A DNA stretch of 64,000 bases from an uncultured Planctomycetia bacterium (GTDB lineage: Bacteria > Omnitrophota > Gorgyraeia > 2-02-FULL-51-18): the NCBI GenBank assembly GCA_964373505.1, contig CAYJVC010000001.1, positions 41,630 through 105,629 on the forward strand. The letters run 5' to 3'. Shown here piece by piece: positions 1 through 9,201 of this stretch; the first letter of the stretch is position 1; each line of letters opens with the position of its first letter. Under the pieces are notes generated by a model that was given only the letters and a program-made list of their open reading frames with translations, did no database searches and was not told where the DNA came from. A program made the translations under genes and the position numbers.

Positions 1-1311
1 GTCGAATGCCACAAGAAAGGGCAGCCGGTGCTCGTGGGCACGATATCGATCGAGAAATCCGAGCATTTGAGTTCGATGCTCCGAAAGGCCAATGTGCTCC
101 ACAACGTGCTGAACGCAAAATACCACGAAATGGAGGCCGAGATCATCAAACAGGCCGGCCAACCGAGTACGGTCACCATCGCGACGAACATGGCCGGACG
201 CGGCACGGACATCGTGCTGGGCCAGGGCGTGAAGGAGGCGGGAGGGCTGCACGTGGTCGGCACCGAGCGCCACGAGGCACGGCGCATTGACAACCAGTTG
301 CGCGGCCGCTCGGGCCGGCAAGGCGATCCCGGCTCTTCACGGTTTTATCTTTCGCTCGAGGATGACCTGATGCGCATTTTCGGCTCCGAGAAGATCTCGG
401 GCCTCATGCAGAAACTCGGCATGGAGGAGGGCCAGCCCATCGAGCATCCTTTCATCACGCGCGCGATTGAAACCGCGCAGAAGCGCGTTGAGGGCCGTAA
501 TTTTGAGATCCGCAAGCAGCTTCTTGAGTACGACAACGTGATGAACAAGCAGCGCGAGGTGATCTATTCGGAAAGAAAAAAGGTCCTCGAGGGCGAGAAT
601 TTGAGGGAGCACTACCTCGGCATGATCGAAGAGGTGATGGATTCGGTTTGTACCGGCCACAATCCCGATGAGGAAGGCGCATTCAAAACTCTTTCCGATA
701 GGGTGAAAAATGTATTCCCGATTTCGCTCGAAGGACTGCAGGCAGAATCGGGCGAACTCCTTGTGAACGGCCTGATCGAGCGCGCGAAGGCCGCGTATGA
801 GAACAAGGAGAAAGAAATAGGCGCGGACTTCATGCGGCACCTGGAACGTATGATCCTTCTCGACGTGGTGGACTCCAAATGGAAAGAACACCTGCGCAGC
901 ATGGACAATTTGAGGGAAGGGATAGGCTTGCGCGCTTACGGCCAGAAGGACCCCCTCGTCGAATATAAACGCGAGGCATTCGAGGCGTTCCAGGCGATGA
1001 TAGCCATTATTAAGGAGGACGCCTTGGGGTTCATTTTCAGGGTCCAACCGGTGCCCGGTGAAACGGTTCGGGAGCTTCCGGCCGAACGCGTGGCGCCTTT
1101 GCAGTTTTTGCATCCCGAGGCGGCCTCGGCCATGAATCAAAGGCCGCAGGCACCACTCATGCCTTCCGAGCTCTTAGAGGCCGAGGAAGGATCGGTTCCG
1201 TCCGACGGCGTCCGGCCCTCGCCAATGGCTCACGCGGAAAAAAAGGTGGGGCGAAACGACCCCTGTCCCTGCGGCAGCGGCAAAAAATATAAGAAGTGTC
1301 ATGGGCGATAG
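1..1311 (+). CDS. secA: Preprotein translocase SecA, C-terminal part (5' end cut by window edge)
   Basis: Frame of ORF 28..1311 is open back to base 1 ([21 protein letters not shown]...). SecA scaffold/wing region and C-terminal Zn-binding tail [14 protein letters not shown]. Confidence 0.9.
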   Translation, partial: VECHKKGQPVLVGTISIEKSEHLSSMLRKANVLHNVLNAKYHEMEAEIIKQAGQPSTVTIATNMAGRGTDIVLGQGVKEAGGLHVVGTERHEARRIDNQLRGRSGRQGDPGSSRFYLSLEDDLMRIFGSEKISGLMQKLGMEEGQPIEHPFITRAIETAQKRVEGRNFEIRKQLLEYDNVMNKQREVIYSERKKVLEGENLREHYLGMIEEVMDSVCTGHNPDEEGAFKTLSDRVKNVFPISLEGLQAESGELLVNGLIERAKAAYENKEKEIGADFMRHLERMILLDVVDSKWKEHLRSMDNLREGIGLRAYGQKDPLVEYKREAFEAFQAMIAIIKEDALGFIFRVQPVPGETVRELPAERVAPLQFLHPEAASAMNQRPQAPLMPSELLEAEEGSVPSDGVRPSPMAHAEKKVGRNDPCPCGSGKKYKKCHGR

Positions 1312-1349
1312 GAAGAAGTACGCCTTGCTACCCATCACGGGTGTTTAAA

Positions 1350-2930
1350 ATGCCTCGTCGCTTTCGAGATATTTTTCTAATCTTGGTCTCCTCAGCTTTA
1401 CTCGCACTGCCTTATCACTTCGATGGGTTGTGGCCGCTGGCTTATGTTGCCTTCGTGCCTTATTTTTTTGCGCTTGAGCGCCAATCGTCCGGCGCCGTCT
1501 TTAAATATTCCTATTTTTTTGGTTTTCTTTTCTTCTCGTTCGTCGGTTACTGGCTCACCCATGTAAACTGGCTCGGGTTTATTCTGCTGGCCGCGTACCT
1601 GGCGCTTTATTTCGCGTTCTTCGGGCTCGCAAGCGCGCGTTTGCTCTATCCGTCCGACGAGACGGAGCGGCTCGATTCCAAAAAAACGCTCCGGGCGGTG
1701 TTCTTTGTTGCGGCGTTTTGGGTGGTCGGGGAGTACTTGAGGGGATGGCTATTGAGCGGGCTTCCCTGGGCGCTTTTGGCCTACAGCCAGTGGAAGAACC
1801 TCCTGGTGATACAGATCTCAGATATCACCGGCTGTTACGGCGTGTCCTTTTTTGTGATGAGTGTGAATCTCTTAATTTATAGAGTTTTAGGGGCCCTTGG
1901 TCCGTCCCGTGCAAGGCTCATCAAGAACGCGCTGGTTTTAATGACGGTTTTTGCCTTGGTGGTTTGTGTGTATGGAGCCGCTGTTTTGAACAGGGGGTCC
2001 GCCCCTCAGAGCGCCACGCGGAAGAAGGAGGTCCGAGTTTCCGTGCTGCAGGGCAACATTCCACAGGAGCAAAAATGGGACCGGAAGATCAAGAACATTA
2101 TTTTTGAAAAATACAAGCGGCTCATGTTCATGAGCGCGCTGGAGAAGCCGGACCTCATTGTTTGGCCTGAAACGTCATTCCCCGGTTACCTGGAGGACGA
2201 ACCCCTCTTGGCATCGCAGCTTCGCGGCGCGATCCGGCAGGCCCGCACGGACGTATTGGTCGGTACGCCGACGCTGGGGGATATGGAGAAGGGCCTTCGG
2301 TTCTACAACAGCGCGATCCTGTTCAGCCCCGACGGGGAAGAGCGAAAAAGATATGACAAAGTGCAGCTAGTGCCGTTCGGGGAGTACGTGCCGTTTGAGC
2401 CTGTGCTTGGCTTCCTCCGCCGGTTTTTCGCCATCGGTCACTTCAGTCCCGGCCGCGAAAAGACCCTCTTTGAGATTAAGACGCGCAACCAAAGTCCGAA
2501 CCCTTCGCTTAAATTCGGTGTTTTAATCTGTTACGAGGATATCTTTCCGGGCCTTGTGCGGGATTTTTGCCGCAATGGGGCGGATTTTATGATCAACATG
2601 ACCAATGACGCCTGGTTCGGAAAAACGGCTGCGCCCTATCAGCATGCGCAGGCGTCCCTTTTCCGCGCCGTGGAAAACCGCGTGCCGGTGGTCCGCGCGA
2701 CTAACACGGGCCTGTCCTGCTTCATTTCACCCGAGGGCAGGATCCTGGCCTCTGTGAAAGACAACGGAAAAGAGATCTATGTAACCGGCCATCAAGGCTA
2801 CAATCTAACCCTCCGGAAAACCATTTCCTTCTACACGCGATTCGGCGACGTTTTTATGGCTTTGATGTTCGGCTTTTGTTTCCTCGCTTACCGTCACCGT
2901 TCCCGCCAGCGCACCTATTCTGACAACTAA
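1350..2930 (+). CDS. lnt: Apolipoprotein N-acyltransferase (CN-hydrolase domain, multi-TM N-terminus)
   Basis: ORF 1296..2930. Likely ATG start at 1350 just after secA stop. Polytopic N-term plus C-N hydrolase core (VLICYEDIFP, NMTNDAWFG). Confidence 0.85.
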   Translation: MPRRFRDIFLILVSSALLALPYHFDGLWPLAYVAFVPYFFALERQSSGAVFKYSYFFGFLFFSFVGYWLTHVNWLGFILLAAYLALYFAFFGLASARLLYPSDETERLDSKKTLRAVFFVAAFWVVGEYLRGWLLSGLPWALLAYSQWKNLLVIQISDITGCYGVSFFVMSVNLLIYRVLGALGPSRARLIKNALVLMTVFALVVCVYGAAVLNRGSAPQSATRKKEVRVSVLQGNIPQEQKWDRKIKNIIFEKYKRLMFMSALEKPDLIVWPETSFPGYLEDEPLLASQLRGAIRQARTDVLVGTPTLGDMEKGLRFYNSAILFSPDGEERKRYDKVQLVPFGEYVPFEPVLGFLRRFFAIGHFSPGREKTLFEIKTRNQSPNPSLKFGVLICYEDIFPGLVRDFCRNGADFMINMTNDAWFGKTAAPYQHAQASLFRAVENRVPVVRATNTGLSCFISPEGRILASVKDNGKEIYVTGHQGYNLTLRKTISFYTRFGDVFMALMFGFCFLAYRHRSRQRTYSDN

Positions 2931-2955
2931 CTTTTGTTGTGGGGTGTCGAAGTCT

Positions 2956-2984
2956 TTGACAGCAATTCACCGTGCCTATATAAT
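2956..2984 (+). promoter_or_regulatory. Consensus sigma70-type promoter TTGACA-N17-TATAAT upstream of lysS leader element
   Basis: ttgaca(2956-2961), 17-nt spacer, tataat(2979-2984) in an AT-rich 100-nt gap after lnt. Confidence 0.5.
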
Positions 2985-3024
2985 AAAGCAAACTATTTTA
3001 TAAGTTTACGGAAATAAATAGGTT

Positions 3025-3140
3025 ATGACCCCACCCCCTCATTTTGAGGCGGACTGTTTTTGGGGTTTTTTGAGTCGTATTTGATTCGCCTCGACGCGCT
3101 TTGCGCCTCGGCGCGTAGCGCAAATGAGGGGGTGGGGTGA
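3025..3140 (+). repeat. Structured intergenic element copy E1: arms CCCCACCCCCTCATTT / AAATGAGGGGGTGGGG, right arm contains lysS GTG start
   Basis: 16-bp perfect inverted repeat (3029-3044 vs 3122-3137) flanking ~77 nt of GC hairpins. ATGACCCC at left, GGGGTGA at right. Confidence 0.8.
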
Positions 3141-4600
3141 CAGAACCAAACGATCTTATTAGCGAACGCCGGAAGAAGCTTGAGGCGATCAAGTCCATGG
3201 GGCTGGAGCCTTTCGGAGGCAAGTTCCATAAGCCGCACCTCATCGCATCGGTGGTTGAAGGCTACGAGGAGAGTAAAAAGGTGAGCGTCGCGGGGCGCCT
3301 ATCTTCGATCCGCCTCATGGGCAAAACCGCATTCTGCGACCTAAAGGATGAAAGCGGCCGTATCCAGCTTTACATCAAGCGGGAACTTCTGGGGGAACAG
3401 GGGTTGAAACTTTTTGAACGGCTGGATCTGGGCGATATTGTCGGCGCGGAAGGTGCGCTTTTTAAAACCAAGACCGGCGAGATCTCGATCCACGTCGACA
3501 AACTGACTCTGCTGGCCAAGAGCCTGAGGCCCATGCCTGAAAAATGGCACGGACTTAAGGACGTCGAACAACGGTACCGCCAGCGTTACCTCGACCTCGC
3601 ATCAAATGACACGACCAAAGAGATCTTCAAGAAGCGTTCTTTCGTGATCCGCTCGATCCGCAGGATGTTGGACGAGAAGGGCTATTTGGAGGTGGAAACG
3701 CCCATGATGCATCCGATCCCCGGAGGTGCCGCCGGCAAGCCCTTTAAAACACACCACGAGGCGCTGAACATGACCCTCTATTTACGGGTGGCGCCCGAAC
3801 TTTACCTTAAAAAACTGCTCGTCGGCGGCTTTGACAAAGTGTACGAGATCAACAAAAGTTTCCGGAATGAAGGGATCTCCACGCGCCACAACCCCGAATT
3901 CACGATGCTGGAGGTGTACACCGCGTATGACGATGTGAATGACGTGATGCATTTGACCGAGGAGCTCCTCAAGGGCGCGGCGCTCAGCACGCTCGGTGCC
4001 TTGACCGTCCCCTGGGGTGAGGGGACCCTGGACCTTTCGAAGTGGCCGCGCGTGTCGTTCGCCGACCTCATGAAGAAGAATTTTGACATCAACCCGGAAG
4101 ACCCTGAGCGGGTCTGGATCGAGAGGATGAAAAAAAAAGGCGTGAAACTGGAATCTCAGGACGGCCACGAGCTTTCGCGCACGCAGCTTATCAATATCGT
4201 CGGCGAGATCCTGGAGCCCGGCACGCATCTTTCGCGGAACGGTCACCCTGTTTTTGTGACGGATTATTTCACGGAGCTTTGCCCGCTCGCCAAGAAGAAC
4301 AGGCGGAATCCCCATCTGAGCGACCGTTTTGAGCTTTATATCGGCGGCATGGAGATCGCGAACGGTTACTCGGAGCTTAACGACCCTCTCGAGCAGCGGG
4401 AACGGCTGCTGCGGGAACTGGAGGAGAAGGGCAAACAAAGTACGTTCGAGAGCCTCGATGAGGATTTTTTAAGGGCGCTTGAGCATGGCATGCCTCCGGC
4501 CGGCGGACTCGGCATTGGGATCGACCGGCTCGTGATGATTTTGACCAATCAGCCGTCGATCCGCGAGGTGATCCTTTTTCCTCAGATGAGGAAAGAATAA
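3137..4600 (+). CDS. lysS: Lysyl-tRNA synthetase (class II)
   Basis: 487 aa. N-term ...RRKKLEAIKSMGLEPFGGKF, class II motifs (FRNEG, GGLGIGIDRLVM). GTG start inside element E1. Confidence 0.95.
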   Translation: MTEPNDLISERRKKLEAIKSMGLEPFGGKFHKPHLIASVVEGYEESKKVSVAGRLSSIRLMGKTAFCDLKDESGRIQLYIKRELLGEQGLKLFERLDLGDIVGAEGALFKTKTGEISIHVDKLTLLAKSLRPMPEKWHGLKDVEQRYRQRYLDLASNDTTKEIFKKRSFVIRSIRRMLDEKGYLEVETPMMHPIPGGAAGKPFKTHHEALNMTLYLRVAPELYLKKLLVGGFDKVYEINKSFRNEGISTRHNPEFTMLEVYTAYDDVNDVMHLTEELLKGAALSTLGALTVPWGEGTLDLSKWPRVSFADLMKKNFDINPEDPERVWIERMKKKGVKLESQDGHELSRTQLINIVGEILEPGTHLSRNGHPVFVTDYFTELCPLAKKNRRNPHLSDRFELYIGGMEIANGYSELNDPLEQRERLLRELEEKGKQSTFESLDEDFLRALEHGMPPAGGLGIGIDRLVMILTNQPSIREVILFPQMRKE

Positions 4601-4601
4601 G

Positions 4602-5792
4602 TTGATTTTTATGCATTACGAATGGCTGATCGCGCAGCGCTACCTCTGGTCGAAACGCCGCCATCCGTTCGTGGGCGTGACCAGTACGATCTCTATTGTG
4701 GGGATCTCGGTGGGCGTGGCCGCGCTTCTTGTGGTGTTGGCCGTGATGAACGGATTTGACGGGGAACTGAAAAAAAGGATCATCGGCACGCGCGCGCATT
4801 TGGTCATCGAAAAAGACGGCGCCCTTAGCAATTACGCGCCTTTGTCGGCGTCGCTTCTGAAGCTCAAAGGCGTGGCGGGCGCCTCGCCGTTCGTGGAAGG
4901 CCAGGCGCTGATTCAAAAAGGCGAATGGGGAACGGGAGTGCTCGTGCGCGGCATCGACCCGGCTCTTGAGGGATCGGTGTCGAATTTCCATGAATACCTG
5001 AAAGAGGGCACGCTCTCGGGACGCGAAAAGTTCGCGGTCGTCGGTTCCGAGCTTGCGCGCCGTTTCAACCTGACCGTCGGCTCGAAATTCTCGGTCCTTT
5101 CGCAGTCCACAAAAAAACCGCTGGAATATGCGGTGGAGGGGATCTTTACTTCGGGGCTCTACGAGTACGACGCGAATCTATTGTTCCTGAATTTAAAGGA
5201 CGCTCAGGAGCTTTTTGAAATGAACAACGCGGTGTCCGGTATTTCGCTCAAACTTCAAAATGCCGAGGAGGCCGATCTCTATAAAAGGGGAATTCAAAAT
5301 AAATTGAAATACCCGTATGTCGTACGCACCTGGATGGACATGAACAGGACGCTTTTCGGGGCTCTCAAACTCGAAAAGATCGTGATGTTCCTGATCCTGG
5401 CGCTCATCATCCTTGTGGCCTGCCTCAACATCGCGGGGAGCCTCACGATGCTCGTGATGGACAAAACAAAGGACATCGGGATCCTGAAGGCGCTGGGCGC
5501 GACGCCCGGGGGTATTCTCAAGATATTTGCGCTTGACGGCCTTTTTATCGGGCTCTTCGGCGTGGGCGCGGGTTTCCTGACGGGAATGACGCTGTGCCTG
5601 GTCTTGGCCCACACCTCCTTCATTGATCTGCCGAAGGAGATTTATTACGTGGACCGGCTGCCTGTGAGCATCGATCCGCTCGACATCACGCTCGTGCTCG
5701 CGCTGGCCGTTATTTTAAGTTTTGTTTCTTCGCTTTACCCCGCTTGGGTGGCGGGCAGGCTTACTCCGGTAAAGGCGCTTCGTTATGAGTGA
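4602..5792 (+). CDS. lolE: Lipoprotein-releasing system permease, LolC/LolE (FtsX/MacB-like) family
   Basis: 396 aa, N-term TM, periplasmic domain, C-term FtsX-like 3-TM bundle. Immediately followed by lolD. Confidence 0.8.
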   Translation: MIFMHYEWLIAQRYLWSKRRHPFVGVTSTISIVGISVGVAALLVVLAVMNGFDGELKKRIIGTRAHLVIEKDGALSNYAPLSASLLKLKGVAGASPFVEGQALIQKGEWGTGVLVRGIDPALEGSVSNFHEYLKEGTLSGREKFAVVGSELARRFNLTVGSKFSVLSQSTKKPLEYAVEGIFTSGLYEYDANLLFLNLKDAQELFEMNNAVSGISLKLQNAEEADLYKRGIQNKLKYPYVVRTWMDMNRTLFGALKLEKIVMFLILALIILVACLNIAGSLTMLVMDKTKDIGILKALGATPGGILKIFALDGLFIGLFGVGAGFLTGMTLCLVLAHTSFIDLPKEIYYVDRLPVSIDPLDITLVLALAVILSFVSSLYPAWVAGRLTPVKALRYE

Positions 5793-6546
5793 CCTCGTTG
5801 CCTCTTCCAGCGCCGTTTTGGCGGCCGATGACCCAAGGGTAGGTTCTTCGAACGAAGAAGCGGGAAGCGGGATCGAAGCGATCGGCTTGCGTAAGGTTTA
5901 CTCGGACGGCGAGCGCGAACTTCAAATATTCAACAATTTGTCTCTTAAGATCCGCAAAGGCGAAGGCGTGGCGATCCTGGGCCCCTCGGGGTCCGGCAAG
6001 ACGACGTTCTTGAATCTCCTTTCAGGCCTGGACGAGCCGGAATCAGGGCAGGTACTATTGAACGGCGTTTCGATCCACGAGCTCAAGGCCACGGAAAAGG
6101 CGCGTTTTATCAACGGGAATGTCGGTTTCATTTTCCAGTTTTATCATCTACTCCCGGAATTCACGGCGCTTGAGAATGTGATGCTCCCCATGCAGATCAG
6201 CAAGCGGCCGGCCCTGCTTCCCGGGGCACGGAAGCGGGCCAAGGAGCTTTTGGACCGCGTGGGATTGGTGGAGCGCATGAAGCATTTCCCGAGCGAGTTG
6301 TCGGGCGGTGAGCAGCAGCGCGTCGCGATCGCGCGAGCGCTCATCCACGAGCCGCCATTTTTATTCTGCGATGAGCCGACCGGAAACCTTGATATTCAGA
6401 AAGGGCTTGAGATCGCGGAGCTTTTGAAGCGTTTGTTCGCCGAAGAGCGCAGGACCGTATTGATAGTGACGCACGACGAGAGAATTGCTAAAATGACGGA
6501 TCGCGTCTGGAATATCGTGGAGCAGCGCTGGGAGAAGAATTCATGA
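5785..6546 (+). CDS. lolD: Lipoprotein-releasing system ATP-binding protein LolD
   Basis: Walker [10 protein letters not shown], signature [15 protein letters not shown], Walker [13 protein letters not shown]. Confidence 0.85.
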   Translation: MSDLVASSSAVLAADDPRVGSSNEEAGSGIEAIGLRKVYSDGERELQIFNNLSLKIRKGEGVAILGPSGSGKTTFLNLLSGLDEPESGQVLLNGVSIHELKATEKARFINGNVGFIFQFYHLLPEFTALENVMLPMQISKRPALLPGARKRAKELLDRVGLVERMKHFPSELSGGEQQRVAIARALIHEPPFLFCDEPTGNLDIQKGLEIAELLKRLFAEERRTVLIVTHDERIAKMTDRVWNIVEQRWEKNS

Positions 6547-7421
6547 GCCTTAAGATATTTTTAAATGACCGATTGGTGGACAAAGAGGACGCGAAGGTGA
6601 GCGTGTTCGACCACGGTCTTTTGTACGGCGACGGTGTGTTCGAGGGCATTCGCTCCTACAACGGCCTCGTGTTCAAGCTGGACGAGCATCTGGACCGACT
6701 GTTCGAATCCGCGCACACACTGATATTGGAGATCCCGATGACGAAGTCCGAGCTTGAGAAAGCGATCATTCGCACCTTAAAAGCCAATCGTTTGAAGGAC
6801 GCGTACATACGGCTCGTCGTGACGCGCGGCGTGGGAGACCTAGGGCTTGACCCAAGAAAATGCCGCCGCTCGACACTTTTCATCATTGCGGACAAGATCG
6901 CGCTGTACCCGAAGGAATATTATGAAAAGGGACTCGAGATCGCCACGGTGCCGACCGTACGTAACCACCCGGAGGCGTTGAATCCGCAGCTCAAAACATT
7001 GAATTACCTGAACAATATTTTGGCGAAGATCGAGGCGACGAGCGCCGGCGTGGATGAAGCAATCCTGCTGAACAGCCAGGGCTATGTCACCGAGTGCACG
7101 GGCGAGAATATATTTTATGTGAAGGGCCGGTCGATTATCACGCCGCCGCCCTATGTCGGGATCTTGAAGGGGATCACGCGCAGCGTTGTCATGCGCCTCG
7201 CCCGGCAGCTCGGGTTCAACGTGAAGGAAGATGTGTTCACGCGGCATGAGCTTTATACGGCGGACGAGGTTTTCCTCACCGGCACGGCGGCCGAGATCGT
7301 GCCTGTCGTCCAGATCGACAATCGCCGGATCGGGAACGGGAAGCCGGGCAAAACAACAGGGATTCTCACAAAGGAATTCAGAAAGCTGACGCCCAAAGAA
7401 GGAGTGAAGTACCGGGTATGA
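6543..7421 (+). CDS. ilvE: Branched-chain amino acid aminotransferase (class IV PLP fold)
   Basis: 292 aa. DHGLLYGDGVFEGIRSYNG, ...EAILLN..G.V.E....N.F.V motifs of class IV aminotransferases. Confidence 0.75.
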   Translation: MSLKIFLNDRLVDKEDAKVSVFDHGLLYGDGVFEGIRSYNGLVFKLDEHLDRLFESAHTLILEIPMTKSELEKAIIRTLKANRLKDAYIRLVVTRGVGDLGLDPRKCRRSTLFIIADKIALYPKEYYEKGLEIATVPTVRNHPEALNPQLKTLNYLNNILAKIEATSAGVDEAILLNSQGYVTECTGENIFYVKGRSIITPPPYVGILKGITRSVVMRLARQLGFNVKEDVFTRHELYTADEVFLTGTAAEIVPVVQIDNRRIGNGKPGKTTGILTKEFRKLTPKEGVKYRV

Positions 7422-7945
7422 GCTGCGACGAATGCGGAAAAAATAAGGCGACCGTTCATCTCACCGAGATTATCAACGATCAGATCACGAAGCTGAACCT
7501 CTGTGAGACCTGCGCGAAGGAGAAAGGTTCGGACGTGGAACAGCATTTCGGAATCGGAGACCTTTTGGCCGCGCTCTCCGACACGCACACAGCCTCGGCG
7601 ACCGCGGAAGCGCCGGCGATGAAAGGCCGATGCGCGCAGTGCGGGCTGACGTATGATGATTTTAAGAAAATCGGCCGCCTCGGCTGCAGTGACTGCTACA
7701 ACGCTTTCAAACCGAGCCTTGCGCCGCTTCTTAAGAAAATTCACGGATCCAATCAGCATTTGGGCAAGTCCCTTAGCCCGCAGGCGCTCAGTGAACTCAA
7801 GGTTTCTTCCAAGCATCACGATGAGCTTGAGCTCGTGAAGCAGGAGCTTCAAAAGGCGGTGAAGAATGAGGAGTTTGAGGAGGCGGCCGCGCTCCGCGAC
7901 AAGATCAAGTTTCTGGAAAAGAAGATAAAAGAGGGCAAGGCATGA
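7418..7945 (+). CDS. mcsA: McsA-like protein (CxxC zinc-finger pairs + UVR domain), activator of protein-arginine kinase
   Basis: CDECG, CETC, CAQCG, CSDC motifs then UVR motif EEFEEAAALRDKIKFLEKK. Directly upstream of mcsB. Confidence 0.7.
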   Translation: MSCDECGKNKATVHLTEIINDQITKLNLCETCAKEKGSDVEQHFGIGDLLAALSDTHTASATAEAPAMKGRCAQCGLTYDDFKKIGRLGCSDCYNAFKPSLAPLLKKIHGSNQHLGKSLSPQALSELKVSSKHHDELELVKQELQKAVKNEEFEEAAALRDKIKFLEKKIKEGKA

Positions 7946-8058
7946 CCCCATCCCCTCCTTTTTTATTTAGAGAATTGATGAATCCGCCCGCGGCGGGTTC
8001 ATGCGCCGTTTCCCGGATGATGAGTATTGAAGCGGCGCAAAAGGAGGGGATGGGGTGA
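7942..8058 (+). repeat. Structured intergenic element copy E2: arms CCCCATCCCCTCCTTTT / AAAAGGAGGGGATGGGG, bridges mcsA stop (ATGA) and mcsB GTG start (GTGA)
   Basis: 17-bp perfect inverted repeat (7946-7962 vs 8039-8055). Inner hairpins GCGCCG..CGGCGC, ATGAA..TTCAT. An element-spanning 38-codon ORF runs from ATG 7942 to TGA 8056. Confidence 0.8.
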
Positions 8059-9113
8059 GCGTCAAAGTGGACTCCTTATTGAAGCAGACCTGCGAGTGGT
8101 TGAGGGGCACCGGGCCCAATTCCGAGATCGTCCTGAGCTCCCGCGTGCGGTTGGCAAGGAATCTCGAGAAGGCATCGTTTCCCCATTGGGCCACGAAAAA
8201 GCAGGAGAAGGAAACACTGGAGCTTCTGGATGCGGCGCTGCGGCACGTGGACCTCATGAAAGGGAGCTTGTTCGTCCGCATGACGGAGATCGATGACGTG
8301 GACAAGCAGTTCCTCTTGGAAAGGCATTTGGTGAGCCGTGAGCACATGATGCACGCGGAATCCAAGGCGGTCGTGATAGGTGATAAGGAAGTGATCAGCA
8401 TCATGATCAATGAAGAGGACCATCTGAGGATCCAGGTGATCCAGTCCGGGTTTAACCTGCAGGAATGTTGGCGCATCGCCAACCGCCTCGACGACGGGCT
8501 TTTAAAAAGAGTGAAGTTCGCGTTCCATCCGGAATGGGGTTATTTGACGACATGCCCGACCAACACGGGAACGGGCCTTCGGGCGTCTGTGATGCTGCAC
8601 CTGCCGGCGCTCGTGATGACCAAACAGATCTCGCGCGTGGTCCAGGCGATTTCGAAACTCGGCATGACGGCGCGCGGCCTTTACGGGGAGGGCACGGAGG
8701 CCGAAGGAAATTTCTTCCAGATATCCAACCAGGTCACGATGGGATCGCCTGAGGAGGACACGATCGATAACTTGGAGCGCATTATCCGCCAGGTGATCGG
8801 GCATGAGGAAAACGCGCGCAAGACCCTGATGAAACAGAATCGCGAGGTGCTTCAGGACAAGATCTGCCGCGCGAACGGCACTTTGAAAGCCGCGCACATT
8901 ATCAGCACCAAAGAGATGATGGGTCTGCTCTCTATGGTGAGACTTGGCGTGGACATGGGGGTGATCGCCGACATCGACCGCCGGGCTGTCAACGAGCTTT
9001 TTATTTTGACGCAACCGGCGCATTTGCAAAAGATCGAGGGGAAAATGCTCAGCTCCACGCAGCGCGACGTTAAAAGAGCAAATTTGATCCGTCGGCGTCT
9101 TGAGGGACGGTAG
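8055..9113 (+). CDS. mcsB: Protein arginine kinase McsB (ATP:guanido phosphotransferase)
   Basis: 352 aa. N-term ...GPNSEIVLSSRVRLARNLEKASFP, phosphagen-kinase catalytic CPTNTGTGLRASVMLHLPAL. Confidence 0.85.
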   Translation: MSVKVDSLLKQTCEWLRGTGPNSEIVLSSRVRLARNLEKASFPHWATKKQEKETLELLDAALRHVDLMKGSLFVRMTEIDDVDKQFLLERHLVSREHMMHAESKAVVIGDKEVISIMINEEDHLRIQVIQSGFNLQECWRIANRLDDGLLKRVKFAFHPEWGYLTTCPTNTGTGLRASVMLHLPALVMTKQISRVVQAISKLGMTARGLYGEGTEAEGNFFQISNQVTMGSPEEDTIDNLERIIRQVIGHEENARKTLMKQNREVLQDKICRANGTLKAAHIISTKEMMGLLSMVRLGVDMGVIADIDRRAVNELFILTQPAHLQKIEGKMLSSTQRDVKRANLIRRRLEGR

Positions 9114-9139
9114 TCCTCCTTCGCGAAGGCTTCGGAGGA
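9114..9139 (+). other. GC hairpin with alternative foldings immediately after mcsB stop (possible terminator/stabiliser)
   Basis: TCCTCC-TTCGCGAAGG-CTTCGGAGGA. CCTTCGCGAAGG is a perfect palindrome, and CGAAGgCTTCG is an alternative stem sharing CGAAG. Confidence 0.4.
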
Positions 9140-9146
9140 TAAAGTT

Positions 9147-9180
9147 GTTTTGAATTCATTTTTGTAATGTTATGATAAAG
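9147..9180 (+). promoter_or_regulatory. Possible promoter with extended -10 (TGtTATGAT) upstream of clpC
   Basis: AT-rich 60 nt between hairpin and clpC ATG. tgttatgat with weak -35 candidates (tttgaa/ttttga). Confidence 0.25.
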
Positions 9181-9201
9181 AACATCCAGGGGCCTTAAGT
9201 C

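Noticed and set aside
6-290. + strand ORF 6..290 and other short alternative-frame + ORFs (2158..2370, 8027..8296, 13236..13796, 39012..39362, 42168..42542, etc.)
   Set aside because: Out-of-frame overlaps with well-supported genes. Arg/Gly/Pro-rich low-complexity translations typical of GC-rich off-frames.
3122-3140. G-quadruplex / i-motif formation by the GGGGRTGGGG and CCCCAYCCCC arms
   Set aside because: Each arm has only two G4 (or C4) tracts. An intramolecular quadruplex needs four. Duplex pairing between arms is a far simpler explanation.
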